The notes below the pieces were generated by a model. The model ran no database searches. It had not been told where the DNA came from and was given only the letters and a program-made list of their open reading frames with translations. From Laetmonice hystrix (taxonomy: Eukaryota), in assembly GCA_965235115.1 (NCBI GenBank), contig OZ249446.1:6882001-6946000 (forward strand): a stretch of 64,000 nucleotides of DNA. Direction: 5' to 3'. Below are positions 28,501-39,742 of this stretch, piece after piece. The translations under genes and the position numbers were made by a program. Numbering within the stretch: position 1 is the first letter of the stretch; every line of letters begins with the position of its first letter.

Positions 28501-31500
28501 CATGGAATAGAGGGCATGCAAATCTCTACTGAATTCACAGAAAACAAAATAGCTACGTCTTCATTTGCCAATTTAGTAGACAAATCCCAATCAATCTACC
28601 ATCCAATTGTGCCTCTCAATTAATCTTGACAAATCACTAACTTCTAATTCCTACTCAATTCCTTTGTACCTCACAGTTACTCAGATGCAGTCTTCAATAA
28701 AGCGTTCTACTCAGAATGTAACTTGCCATAACAGAAAGAACCAAATGTAAAGCTGCAGAGTATCTGACTGGAATCTAATGCCACTCATCTGCTACTGATA
28801 ACAACGACCATGCAGTACAAGTGTTAAAAACTTGCCAGGCGAGGTGGTTGTCTGCACTTCTTGAGTTGATGGTGCTGCCGTTTTGCATGCCTGTGTGAGA
28901 ACCCCATCAAGAATGCCTTCAAGTTCCTGGAAATTTGGCGACGTAAAGTAATTCTGACCTCTCATTTGAGGTGGCGACGAAATGGCTCTCAGTTCCTCCT
29001 CATCAATGGAATCAGTAATGCCTATGGCAACGACATTAGCTCCGTCCCTTTGAAGGTCACGTGCAACTGGAACAGTCCGGTCTCTGTCAAAAGTGGACCT
29101 ACCATCGGTGATAACAATGGCAATATTGGGGTAATTTGGACGGTCTCCATTGTTGACATTAAAAAGCTCACTGCGTGCAATGTAGAGACCACCCGACGTG
29201 TTGGTATTGGCCCCTGGATAACCAATGCCCAAAAAGGCTTGGCTCAAGCTGACAGCATCCCTATAAGTGTCCAGGCCAAAGACAAGTCGCCCAGTGTCGC
29301 TGAAGACTACAGCACCAACTCGATTGGCATCATCTGACACAGACAATCTCCGTCCCACATTGGATAGAAATGTCAGCAGTAGGTCCCAGTTATCAAAAGA
29401 GCCATCTTCAGGATTGGCATCACGTATGCTTCCTGACCCGTCAATGATGAAGCCAAAATCAGCGCCCGCCTGGCACACTGCGAAGGACGACACTTTCAGG
29501 CAAATTTTCATGTGACATGGAATAGAGGGCATGCAAATCTCTACTGAATTCACAGAAAACAAAATAGCTACGTCTTCATTTGCCAATTTAGTAGACAAAT
29601 CCCAATCAATCTACCATCCAATTGTGCCTCTCAATTAATCTTGACAAATCACTAACTTCTAATTCCTACTCAATTCCTTTGTACCTCACAGTTACTCAGA
29701 TGCAGTCTTCAATAAAGCGTTCTACTCAGAATGTAACTTGCCATAACAGAAAGAACCAAATGTAAAGCTGCAGAGTATCTGACTGGAATCTAATGCCACT
29801 CATCTGCTACTGATAACAACGACCATGCAGTACAAGTGTTAAAAACTTGCCAGGCGAGGTGGTTGTCTGCACTTCTTGAGTTGATGGTGCTGCCGTTTTG
29901 CATGCCTGTGTGAGAACCCCATCAAGAATGCCTTCAAGTTCCTGGAAATTTGGCGACGTAAAGTAATTCTGACCTCTCATTTGAGGTGACGACGAAATGG
30001 CTCTCAGTTCCTCCTCATCAATGGAATCAGTAATGCCTATGGCAACGACATTAGCTCCGTCCCTTTGAAGGTCACGTGCAACTGGAACAGTCCGGTCTCT
30101 GTCAAAAGTGGACCTACCATCGGTGATAACAATGGCAATATTGGGGTAATTTGGACGGTCTCCATTGTTGACATTAAAAAGCTCACTGCGTGCAATGTAG
30201 AGACCACCCGACGTGTTGGTATTGGCCCCTGGATAACCAATGCCCAAAAAGGCTTGGCTCAAGCTGACAGCATCCCTATAAGTGTCCAGGCCAAAGACAA
30301 GTCGCCCAGTGTCGCTGAATACTACAGCACCAACTCGATTGGCATCATCTGACACAGACAACCTCCGTCCCACATTGGATAGAAATGTCAGCAGTAGGTC
30401 CCAGTTATCAAAAGAGCCATCTTCAGGATTGGCATCACGTATGCTTCCTGACCCGTCAATGATGAAGCCAAAATCAGCGCCCGCCTGGCACACTGCGAAG
30501 GACGACACTTTCAGGCAAATTTTCATGTGACATGGAATAGAGGGCATGCAAATCTCTACTGAATTCACAGAAAACAAAATAGCTACGTCTTCATTTGCCA
30601 ATTTAGTAGACAAATCCCAATCAATCTACCATTCAATTGTGCCTCTCAATTAATCTTGACAAATCACTAACTTCTAATTCCTACTCAATTCCTTTGTACC
30701 TCACAGTTACTCAGATGCAGTCTTCAATAAAGCGTTCTACTCAGAATGTAACTTGCCATAACAGAAAGAACCAAATGTAAAGCTACAGAGTATCTGACTG
30801 GAATCTAGTGCCACTCATCTGCTACTGATAACAACGACCATGCAGTACAAGTGTTAAAAACTTGCCAGGCGAGGTGGTTGTCTGCACTTCTTGAGTTGAT
30901 GGTGCTGCCGTTTCGCATGCCTGTGTGAGAACCCCATCCAAAATGCCTTCAAGTTCCTGGAAATTTGGCGACGTAAAGTAATTCTGACCTCTCATTTGAG
31001 GTGGCGACGAAATGGCTCTCAGTTCCTCCTCATCAATGGAATCAGTAATGCCTATGGCAACGACATTAGCTCCGTCCCTTTGAAGGTCACGTGCAACTGG
31101 AACAGTCCGGTCTCTGTCAAAGGTGGACCTACCATCGGTGATAACAATGGCAATATTGGGGTAATTTGGACGGTCTCCATTGTTGACATTAAAAAGCTCA
31201 CTGCGTGCAATGTAGAGACCACCCGACGTGTTGGTATTGGCCCCTGGATAACCAATGCCCAAAAAGGCTTGGCTCAAGCTGACAGCATCCCTATAAGTGT
31301 CCAGGCCAAAGACAAGTCGCCCAGTGTCGCTGAATACTACAGCACCAACTCGATTGGCATCATCTGACACAGACAACCTCCGTCCCACATTGGATAGAAA
31401 TGTCAGCAGTAGGTCCCAGTTATCAAAAGAGCCATCTTCAGGATTGGCATCACGTATGCTTCCTGACCCGTCAATGATGAAGCCAAAATCAGCGCCCGCC

Positions 31501-34500
31501 TGGCACACTGCGAAGGACGACACTTTCAGGCAAATTTTCATGTGACATGGAATAGAGGGCATGCAAATCTCTACTGAATTCACAGAAAACAAAATAGCTA
31601 CGTCTTCATTTGCCAATTTAGTAGACAAATCCCAATCAATCTACCATCCAATTGTGCCTCTCAATTAATCTTGACAAATCACTAACTTCTAATTCCTACT
31701 CAATTCCTTTGTACCTCACAGTTACTCAGATGCAGTCTTCAATAAAGCGTTCTACTCAGAATGTAACTTGCCATAACAGAAAGAACCAAATGTAAAGTTG
31801 CAGAGTATCTGACTGGAATCTAATGCCACTCATCTGCTACTGATAACAACGACCATGCAGTACAAGTGTTAAAAACTTGCCAGGCGAGGTGGTTGTCTGC
31901 ACTTCTTGAGTTGATGGTGCTGCCGTTTCGCATGCCTGTGTAAGAACCCCATCCAAAATGCCTTCAAGTTCCTGGAAATTTGGCGACGTAAAGTAATTCT
32001 GACCTCTCATTTGAGGTGGCGACGAAATGGCTCTCAGTTCCTCCTCATCAATGGAATCAGTAATGCCTATGGCAACGACATTAGCTCCGTCCCTTTGAAG
32101 GTCACGTGCAACTGGAACAGTCTGGTCTCTGTCAAAGGTGGACCTACCATCGGTGATAACAATGGCAATATTGGGGTAATTTGGACGGTCTCCATTGTTG
32201 ACATTAAAAAGCTCACTGCGTGCAATGTAGAGACCACCCGACGTGTTGGTATTGGCCCCTGGATAACCAATGCCCAAAAAGGCTTGGCTCAAGCTGACAG
32301 CATCCCTATAAGTGTCCAGGCCAAAGACAAGTCGCCCAGTGTCGCTGAATACTACAGCACCAACTCGATTGGCATCATCTGACACAGACAACCTCCGTCC
32401 CACATTGGACAGAAATGTCAGCAGTAGGTCCCAGTTATCAAAAGAGCCATCTTCAGGATTGGCATCACGTATGCTTCCTGACCCGTCAATGATGAAGCCA
32501 AAATCAGCGCCCGCCTGGCACACTGCGAAGGACGACACTTTCAGGCAAATTTTCATGTGACATGGAATAGAGGGCATGCAAATCTCTACTGAATTCACAG
32601 AAAACAAAATAGCTACGTCTTCATTTGCCAATTTAGTAGACAAATCCCAATCAATCTACCATCCAATTGTGCCTTTCAATTAATCTTGACAAATCACTAA
32701 CTTCTCATCCCTACTCAATTCCTTTGTACCTCACAGTTACTCAGATGCAGTCTTCAATAAAGCGTTCTACTCAGAATGTAACTTGCCATAACAGAAAGAA
32801 CCAAATGTAAAGCTACAGAGTATCTGACTGGAATCTAGTGCCACTCATCTGCTACTGATAACAACGACCATGCAGTACAAGTGTTAAAAACTTGCCAGGC
32901 GAGGTGGTTGTCTGCACTTCTTGAGTTGATGGTGCTGCCGTTTCGCATGCCTGTGTGAGAACCCCATCCAAAATGCCTTCAAGTTCCTGGAAATTTGGCG
33001 ACGTAAAGTAATTCTGACCTCTCATTTGAGGTGGCGACGAAATGGCTCTCAGTTCCTCCTCATCAATGGAATCAGTAATGCCTATGGCAACGACATTAGC
33101 TCCGTCCCTTTGAAGGTCACGTGCAACTGGAACAGTCCGGTCTCTGTCAAAGGTGGACCTACCATCGGTGATAACAATGGCAATATTGGGGTAATTTGGA
33201 CGGTCTCCATTGTTGACATTAAAAAGCTCACTGCGTGCAATGTAGAGACCACCCGACGTGTTGGTATTGGCCCCTGGATAACCAATGCCCAAAAAGGCTT
33301 GGCTCAAGCTGACAGCATCCCTATAAGTGTCCAGGCCAAAGACAAGTCGCCCAGTGTCGCTGAATACTACAGCACCAACTCGATTGGCATCATCTGACAC
33401 AGACAACCTCCGTCCCACATTGGATAGAAATGTCAGCAGTAGGTCCCAGTTATCAAAAGAGCCATCTTCAGGATTGGCATCACGTATGCTTCCTGACCCG
33501 TCAATGATGAAGCCAAAATCAGCGCCCGCCTGGCACACTGCGAAGGACGACACTTTCAGGCAAATTTTCATGTGACATGGAATAGAGGGCATGCAAATCT
33601 CTACTGAATTCACAGAAAACAAAATAGCTACGTCTTCATTTGCCAATTTAGTAGACAAATCCCAATCAATCTACCATCCAATTGTGCCTTTCAATTAATC
33701 TTGACAAATCACTAACTTCTCATCCCTACTCAATTCCTTTGTACCTCACAGTTACTCAGATGCAGTCTTCAATAAAGCGTTCTACTCAGAATGTAACTTG
33801 CCATAACAGAAAGAACCAAATGTAAAGCTACAGAGTATCTGACTGGAATCTAGTGCCACTCATCTGCTACTGATAACAACGACCATGCAGTACAAGTGTT
33901 AAAAACTTGCCAGGCGAGGTGGTTGTCTGCACTTCTTGAGTTGATGGTGCTGCCGTTTCGCATGCCTGTGTGAGAACCCCATCCAAAATGCCTTCAAGTT
34001 CCTGGAAATTTGGCGACGTAAAGTAATTCTGACCTCTCATTTGAGGTGGCGACGAAATGGCTCTCAGTTCCTCCTCATCAATGGAATCAGTAATGCCTAT
34101 GGCAACGACATTAGCTCCGTCCCTTTGAAGGTCACGTGCAACTGGAACAGTCCGGTCTCTGTCAAAGGTGGACCTACCATCGGTGATAACAATGGCAATA
34201 TTGGGGTAATTTGGACGGTCTCCATTGTTGACATTAAAAAGCTCACTGCGTGCAATGTAGAGACCACCCGACGTGTTGGTATTGGCCCCTGGATAACCAA
34301 TGCCCAAAAAGGCTTGGCTCAAGCTGACAGCATCCCTATAAGTGTCCAGGCCAAAGACAAGTCGCCCAGTGTCGCTGAATACTACAGCACCAACTCGATT
34401 GGCATCATCTGACACAGACAACCTCCGTCCCACATTGGATAGAAATGTCAGCAGTAGGTCCCAGTTATCAAAAGAGCCATCTTCAGGATTGGCATCACGT

Positions 34501-37500
34501 ATGCTTCCTGACCCGTCAATGATGAAGCCAAAATCAGCGCCCGCCTGGCACACTGCGAAGGACGACACTTTCAGGCAAATTTTCATGTGACATGGAATAG
34601 AGGGCATGCAAATCTCTACTGAATTCACAGAAAACAAAATAGCTACGTCTTCATTTGCCAATTTAGTAGACAAATCCCAATCAATCTACCATCCAATTGT
34701 GCCTCTCAATTAATCTTGACAAATCACTAACTTCTAATTCCTACTCAATTCCTTTGTACCTCACAGTTACTCAGATGCAGTCTTCAATAAAGCGTTCTAC
34801 TCAGAATGTAACTTGCCATAACAGAAAGAACCAAATGTAAAGTTGCAGAGTATCTGACTGGAATCTAATGCCACTCATCTGCTACAACGACCATGCAGTA
34901 CAAGTGTTAAAAACTTGCCAGGCGAGGTGGTTGTCTGCACTTCTTGAGTTGATGGTGCTGCCGTTTCGCATGCCTGTGTGAGAACCCCATCAAGAATGCC
35001 TTCAAGTTCCTGGAAATTTGGCGACGTAAAGTAATTCTGACCTCTCATTTGAGGTGGCGACGAAATGGCCCTCAGTTCCTCATCATCAATGGAATCAGTA
35101 ATGCCTATGGCAACGACATTAGCTCCGTCCCTTTGAAGGTCACGTGCAACTGGAACAGTCCGGTCTCTGTCAAAAGTGGACCTACCATCGGTGATAACAA
35201 TGGCAATATTGGGGTAATTTGGACGGTCTCCATTGTTGACATTAAAAAGCTCACTGCGTGCAATGTAGAGACCACCCGACGTGTTGGTATTGGCCCCTGG
35301 ATAACCAATGCCCAAAAAGGCTTGGCTCAAGCTGACAGCATCCCTATAAGTATCCAGGCCAAAGACAAGTCGCCCAGTGTCGCTGAAGACTACAGCACCA
35401 ACTCGATTGGCATCATCTGACACAGACAACCTCCGTCCCACATTGGATAGAAATGTCAGCAGTAGGTCCCAGTTATCAAAAGAGCCATCTTCAGGATTGG
35501 CATCACGTATGCTTCCTGACCCGTCAATGATGAAGCCAAAATCAGCGCCCGCCTGGCACACTGCGAAGGACGACACTTTCAGGCAAATTTTCATGTGACA
35601 TGGAATAGAGGGCATGCAAATCTCTACTGAATTCACAGAAAACAAAATAGCTACGTCTTCATTTGCCAATTTAGTAGACACATCCCAATCAATCTACCAT
35701 CAAATTGTGCCTCTCAATTAATCTTGACAAATTACTAACTTCTAATTCCTACTCAATTCCTTTGTACCTCACAGTTACTCAGATGCAGTCTTCAATAAAG
35801 CGTTCTACTCAGAATGTAACTTGCCATAACAGAAAGAACCAAATGTAAAGCTGCAGAGTATCTGACTGGAATCTAATGCCACTCATCTGCTACTGATAAC
35901 AACGACCATGCAGTACAAGTGTTAAAAACTTGCCAGGCGAGGTGGTTGTCTGCACTTCTTGAGTTGATGGTGCTGCCGTTTCGCATGCCTGTGTGAGAAC
36001 CCCATCAAGAATGCCTTCAAGTTCATGGAAATTTGGCGACGTAAAGTAATTCTGACCTCTCATTTGAGGTGGCGACGAAATGGCTCTCAGTTCCTCCTCA
36101 TCAATGGAATCAGTAATGCCTATGGCAACGACATTAGCTCCGTCCCTTTGAAGGTCACGTGCAACTGGAACAGTCCGGTCTCTGTCAAAGGTGGACCTAC
36201 CATCGGTGATAACAATGGCAATATTGGGGTAATTTGGACGGTCTCCATTGTTGACATTAAAAAGCTCACTGCGTGCAATGTAGAGACCACCCGACGTGTT
36301 GGTATTGGCCCCTGGATAACCAATGCCCAAAAAGGCTTGGCTCAAGCTGACAGCATCCCTATAAGTGTCCAGGCCAAAGACAAGTCGCCCAGTGTCGCTG
36401 AAGACTACAGCACCAACTCGATTGGCATCATCTGACACAGACAACCTCCGTCCCACATTGGATAGAAATGTCAGCAGTAGGTCCCAGTTATCAAAAGAGC
36501 CATCTTCAGGATTGGCATCACGTATGCTTCCTGACCCGTCAATGATGAAGCCAAAATCAGCGCCTGCCTGGCACACTGCGAAGGACGACAGTTTCAGGCA
36601 ATTTTTCATTACAAAATATCAGTTTGGTAAAGAAATCTTTATGCGTCACTCCTCTTTTATTTCATAATTTAAAGTTAGGAACATCGCAATTCAATGCCAC
36701 CCTGCCTGGTTTTCCTACGATATATTAACCGTGTCTAATGGTTTCGGTTATAAATGGTGTAATAAACTGATAATCCTTTTCAACTTCTAATTAAATTTAA
36801 TACTATTTAAAACTTCTATCTACTATTTAGAAAAAGAGATGCACTTGCTATTATGCCATTCAGGAGGCAATGACGAGAAGAGATTATAGCCATGTATGTA
36901 GTATGAACTTGCCCAGCGATGGTGTTGTCATTAACTGTTCTGTCCTTGTCTTTAGCTGTTCTGATGGTGGTGGTGCCAGTTCACATGCCTCCATGAAAAC
37001 ACCGTCGAGAACGACTTCTAATTCTTGGAAACTGGGTGATATAAAAAAATTCTGGTCTCTAACATGAGGTGGCGAAGAAATGGCCCTCAGCTCTTCCTCA
37101 TCAATGGAATTAGTAATGCCAATTACAAGTATGATAACGCCATCCTTCTGAAGGTCAAGTGCAACTAACACCGTCTTTTGAATGTCAAGGGTAGATCTTC
37201 CTGTAGTTATTACAATGGCAATATTTGGGTAATGTGGCCTGTCACCACTGCTCATATTAAAGAGCTGACTGCGTGCAATATAAAGCCCACCAGATGTGTT
37301 GGTGTTGGCCCCTGGATAACCAATGCCCAAAAAGGCTTGACTCAGGCTGGCAGGATCCCTATATCTATTCAGGCCGAAGACAAGTTGCCCAGTGTCGCTG
37401 AATACTACAGCACCAACTCGATTGGCATCATCTGACACAGACAACCTCCATCCCACATTGGATAGAGCTGTCAACAATAGGTTCCAGTTATCAGAAGACC

Positions 37501-39353
37501 CATCTTCATTTGTCGTATCTCGTATGCTTTCTGACCCATCGATGATAAAGCCAAAATCAGCCGCTGTCTGGCACACTAAGAATGGAAAGGTTGTGAGAGT
37601 TACGATAACGTTGGTAGTAAACCTAGAGCTACAATCTATGGCTTTTCATGCCCTCTAATAACATAACTGATCAAAACTTGCCTGGAAATGTGGTTTTCTG
37701 AAGACGCTGCGTTGAATCCGAGGTTTCACATGCCTGTATGAGAACCCTATCAAGAATGCCTTCAAGTTCCTGGAAATTTGGCGACGTAAAGTAATTCTGA
37801 CCTCTCATTTGAGGTGGCGACGAAATGGCCCTTAGTTCCTCCTCATCAATGGAATCAGTAATGCCTATGGCAACGACATTAGCTCCGTCCCTTTGAAGGT
37901 CACGTGCAACTGGAACAGTCCGGTCTCTGTCAAAGGTGGACCTACCATCGGTGATAACAATGGCAATATTGGGGTAATTTGGACGGTCTCCATTGTTGAC
38001 ATTAAAAAGCTCACTGCGTGCAATGTAGAGACCACCCGACGTGTTGGTATTGGCCCCTGGATAACCAATGCCCAAAAAGGCTTGGCTCAAGCTGACGGCA
38101 TCCCTATAAGTGTCCAGGCCAAAGACAAGTCGCCCCGTGTCGCTGAATACTACAGCACCAATTTGATTGGCATCATCTGACACAGACAACCTCCGTCCCA
38201 CATTGGATAGAAATGTCAGCAGTAGGTCCCAGTTATCAAAAGAGCCATCTTCTGGATTGGCATCACGTATGCTTCCTGACCCGTCAATGATGAAGCCAAA
38301 ATCAGCCGCGGTCTGGCACACTGATGAGGATGGATTTATATATTAGGAATATGATTTTATAATGACCAAACTAAAGGCACTAATTTGCAATTAAACACAA
38401 TGCATGCCTACTGACGTAAAGATGACTGTAGTGTACATTCAGTGAAATATGCCATGAAAAGAAAATCTTTCTAAAAAATCAAATTATAGATTCATGCAAA
38501 TGGATACCTCATAATTGGTCTTTGAACAGCACCACAGAACAGAGCAGAAGAGAACAGTTATCCTTTTAAGAAGGAACATCGGCTTATGACACTCTTAATT
38601 GACTCACTTTAACTTTAATGACAAACTATTGCAGTTGCTCTCGACTGAAAAGATGGACAGAAACTATATGTAGGAGTTGAACGTGCATTAAAATAGTTGT
38701 ATTTTTAAACTTGCCGAGTTCTGGAGTTATGTCTACTTTCATTGTTGACGGTGTCATCTGACATGCCTGAATGATAATCCCATCAAGAATGGCATCCAGT
38801 TGTTGGAAACTCGGGGATGTAAAGAAGTTCTGTCCTTTTATTTGGGGCGACGATGAAATGGCTTTCAACTCATCCTCGTCAATGGAATCAGTAACACCTA
38901 CTGCGATGATATTAACTCCATCCCTTTGAAGATCACTGGCGATATTAACCGTCTTGTCTGAGTCAATATTCGATTTTCCATCGGTGATTACAATGGCAAC
39001 ATTGGAATAATTTGGACGGTCTCCATTGCTAACATTAAAAAGCTGACTGCGAGCAATATACAGACCACCAGATGTGTTGGTATTGGCCCCTGGGTAACCA
39101 ATGCGCAAAAATGCCTCACTCAAGCTGGTGGAATCGGTATATGCATCCAGACCAAACAGAAGGCGCCCAGTGTCACTGAAACTGACAGCACCAACGTTAT
39201 TTCCTTCCTCTGATATACGAAGACGCTGGCCCAAAATGGCTAGAAACGTCAGGAGGAGGTCCCAATTATCATAAGATTCGTCTAGTGGATTGGCCTCACG
39301 TATGCTCCCTGAACCATCAATGATGAAAGCAAAGTCGGCTCCCACCTGGCAGA
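976..39353 (-). CDS. Spliced gene model B: 36 single-VWA exons, ~7,700 aa multi-VWA extracellular protein (start and end not identified)
   Basis: 36 open phase 1-1 exons with AG acceptors and GCAAGT donors; summed lengths give 7,685 codons; MIDAS DxSxS..T..D motifs; no stops or frameshifts in exons. Confidence 0.85.
1819..2006. mobile_element. Short MITE-like inverted-repeat element
   Basis: CAGGGGTGTAGCCAGG (1819-1834) / CCTGGTTACACCCCTG (1991-2006), 15 of 16 complementary; G-rich and C-rich subterminal tracts. Confidence 0.7.
2111..2743 (-). CDS. VWA exon, class L, 633 nt
   Basis: Acceptor TTTACAG|CA; donor G|GCAAGT (2105-2110). Confidence 0.92.
3085..3167 (-). pseudogene. Decayed class-L VWA exon fragment within an intron
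   Basis: Translates NANPLDDYFDNWQLLLEFLANVAWRF* versus DANPRDGSFDNWQLLLEFLANVARRL in the neighbouring exons. Confidence 0.8.
3770..4402 (-). CDS. VWA exon, class L, 633 nt
   Basis: Acceptor TTCCAG|CG; donor G|GCAAGT. Confidence 0.92.
5223..5855 (-). CDS. VWA exon, class L, 633 nt
   Basis: Acceptor TTCCAG|CG; donor G|GCAAGT. Confidence 0.92.
6674..7306 (-). CDS. VWA exon, class L, 633 nt
   Basis: Acceptor TTCCAG|CG; donor G|GCAAGT. Confidence 0.92.
8127..8759 (-). CDS. VWA exon, class L, 633 nt
   Basis: Acceptor TTTTTAG|TT; donor G|GCAAGT. Confidence 0.92.
9552..10193 (-). CDS. VWA exon, class M copy 1 of 27 (VCQAGADFG...QACETAAPSTQEVQTTTSP), 642 nt
   Basis: Acceptor TCCTTCGCAG|TG; donor T|GCAAGT (9546-9551). 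Confidence 0.92.
10566..11207 (-). CDS. VWA exon, class M copy 2
   Basis: 642 nt, CAG|TG acceptor, G|GCAAGT donor. Confidence 0.9.
11581..12222 (-). CDS. VWA exon, class M copy 3
   Basis: As copy 2; open frame in ORF track. Confidence 0.9.
12596..13237 (-). CDS. VWA exon, class M copy 4
   Basis: As copy 2. Confidence 0.9.
13611..14252 (-). CDS. VWA exon, class M copy 5
   Basis: As copy 2. Confidence 0.9.
14626..15267 (-). CDS. VWA exon, class M copy 6
   Basis: As copy 2. Confidence 0.9.
15641..16282 (-). CDS. VWA exon, class M copy 7
   Basis: As copy 2; I>V in RAISS. Confidence 0.9.
16656..17297 (-). CDS. VWA exon, class M copy 8
   Basis: As copy 2. Confidence 0.9.
17671..18312 (-). CDS. 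VWA exon, class M copy 9
   Basis: As copy 2. Confidence 0.9.
18686..19327 (-). CDS. VWA exon, class M copy 10
   Basis: As copy 2; D>N in VSDDA. Confidence 0.9.
19701..20342 (-). CDS. VWA exon, class M copy 11
   Basis: As copy 2. Confidence 0.9.
20716..21357 (-). CDS. VWA exon, class M copy 12
   Basis: As copy 2. Confidence 0.9.
21731..22372 (-). CDS. VWA exon, class M copy 13
   Basis: As copy 2. Confidence 0.9.
22746..23387 (-). CDS. VWA exon, class M copy 14
   Basis: As copy 2; N>K and P>S substitutions. Confidence 0.9.
23761..24402 (-). CDS. VWA exon, class M copy 15
   Basis: As copy 2. Confidence 0.9.
24776..25417 (-). CDS. VWA exon, class M copy 16
   Basis: As copy 2. Confidence 0.9.
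25791..26432 (-). CDS. VWA exon, class M copy 17
   Basis: As copy 2. Confidence 0.9.
26806..27447 (-). CDS. VWA exon, class M copy 18
   Basis: As copy 2; Q>L in VCQAG. Confidence 0.9.
27821..28462 (-). CDS. VWA exon, class M copy 19
   Basis: As copy 2. Confidence 0.9.
28836..29477 (-). CDS. VWA exon, class M copy 20
   Basis: As copy 2; E>K in QACET. Confidence 0.9.
29851..30492 (-). CDS. VWA exon, class M copy 21
   Basis: As copy 2; P>S and E>K. Confidence 0.9.
30866..31507 (-). CDS. VWA exon, class M copy 22
   Basis: As copy 2. Confidence 0.9.
31881..32522 (-). CDS. VWA exon, class M copy 23
   Basis: As copy 2; R>Q in DRDRT. Confidence 0.9.
32896..33537 (-). CDS. VWA exon, class M copy 24
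   Basis: As copy 2. Confidence 0.9.
33911..34552 (-). CDS. VWA exon, class M copy 25
   Basis: As copy 2. Confidence 0.9.
34919..35560 (-). CDS. VWA exon, class M copy 26
   Basis: As copy 2; E>D; 7-bp deletion in the adjacent intron near 34886. Confidence 0.9.
35934..36575 (-). CDS. VWA exon, class M copy 27
   Basis: As copy 2; Q>H; upstream intron diverges after ~36610. Confidence 0.9.
36913..37575 (-). CDS. Divergent VWA exon (VCQTAADFG, DGSES, ITTG), 663 nt, probably MIDAS-defective
   Basis: Acceptor TTCTTAG|TG; donor G|GCAAGT (36907-36912); open frame. Confidence 0.88.
37682..38320 (-). CDS. VWA exon, class M-like with a unique linker, 639 nt
   Basis: Acceptor CTCATCAG|TG; donor CCAG|GCAAGT (37676-37681). 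Confidence 0.9.
38715..39353 (-). CDS. Singleton VWA exon (CQVGADFAF...QACQMTPSTMKVDITPEL), 639 nt
   Basis: Acceptor TTTTCACAG|TC; donor G|GCAAGT (38709-38714); MIDAS intact. Confidence 0.9.
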
Positions 39354-39554
39354 CTGTGAAAATGGATTGATTCATACAGTTATTCAAAGTTATCATTTAC
39401 TGAATTAGGAAAGAGTGGTCCGTTTGTTCTATTGGTATTTGATTGACGCTTGCAAATAAAAAACAGTACAATAACAACCATATTACTTTTGACTTTTTAA
39501 AACACTACATAATAGATGGAACGCAAGTAACATGATAATTACAACATAAAAGTC

Positions 39555-39742
39555 TACTACGCATCCAAGATTCTGGTAAGGGGGGAGGGATGGGGGAAGA
39601 ATTTCCTTGGGGGGGGGGGTGTGCGTTCAGCATGCATGGTTAATTCAGAAAGTTCTACGGGAACAAAGGCCAGATTGTTTGCCAAGGGGGATTTAACCAC
39701 CCTACCCCCCCCCCCCCCCCATTGCCTAATATGTATACCCTG
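39555..39742. mobile_element. Degenerate MITE-like element
   Basis: GCATCCAAGATTCTGGTAAGGGGGG at left; long poly-C then ...TATACCCTG at right; architecture resembles the 610 and 1819 elements but the inverted repeats are decayed. Confidence 0.35.

Larger units (their letters stand above)
9347..36610. repeat. Tandem repeat, 1015-bp unit (642-nt exon + 373-nt intron), ~27 copies
   Basis: ORFs recur every 1015 bp (one 1014 and one 1008 step); only scattered SNPs between units. Confidence 0.98.

Noticed and set aside
9682-36435. Repeated + strand ORFs (123 aa, 82 aa) and nested 67-aa minus ORFs in the 1015-bp array
   Set aside because: Antisense or alternate-frame shadows of the VWA exons; no recognisable domain, and SNPs that are silent in the VWA frame change or truncate them
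9508-36609. Reading each 268-aa ORF as a separate intronless gene
   Set aside because: The N- and C-terminal extensions lie outside clean AG acceptor and GCAAGT donor sites, differ between classes and show no promoter or signal-peptide features; the exon model fits phase exactly
9347-36610. CRISPR-like or satellite interpretation of the tandem arrays
   Set aside because: Units are 1-2.3 kb with coding exons and no repeat-spacer structure or cas genes
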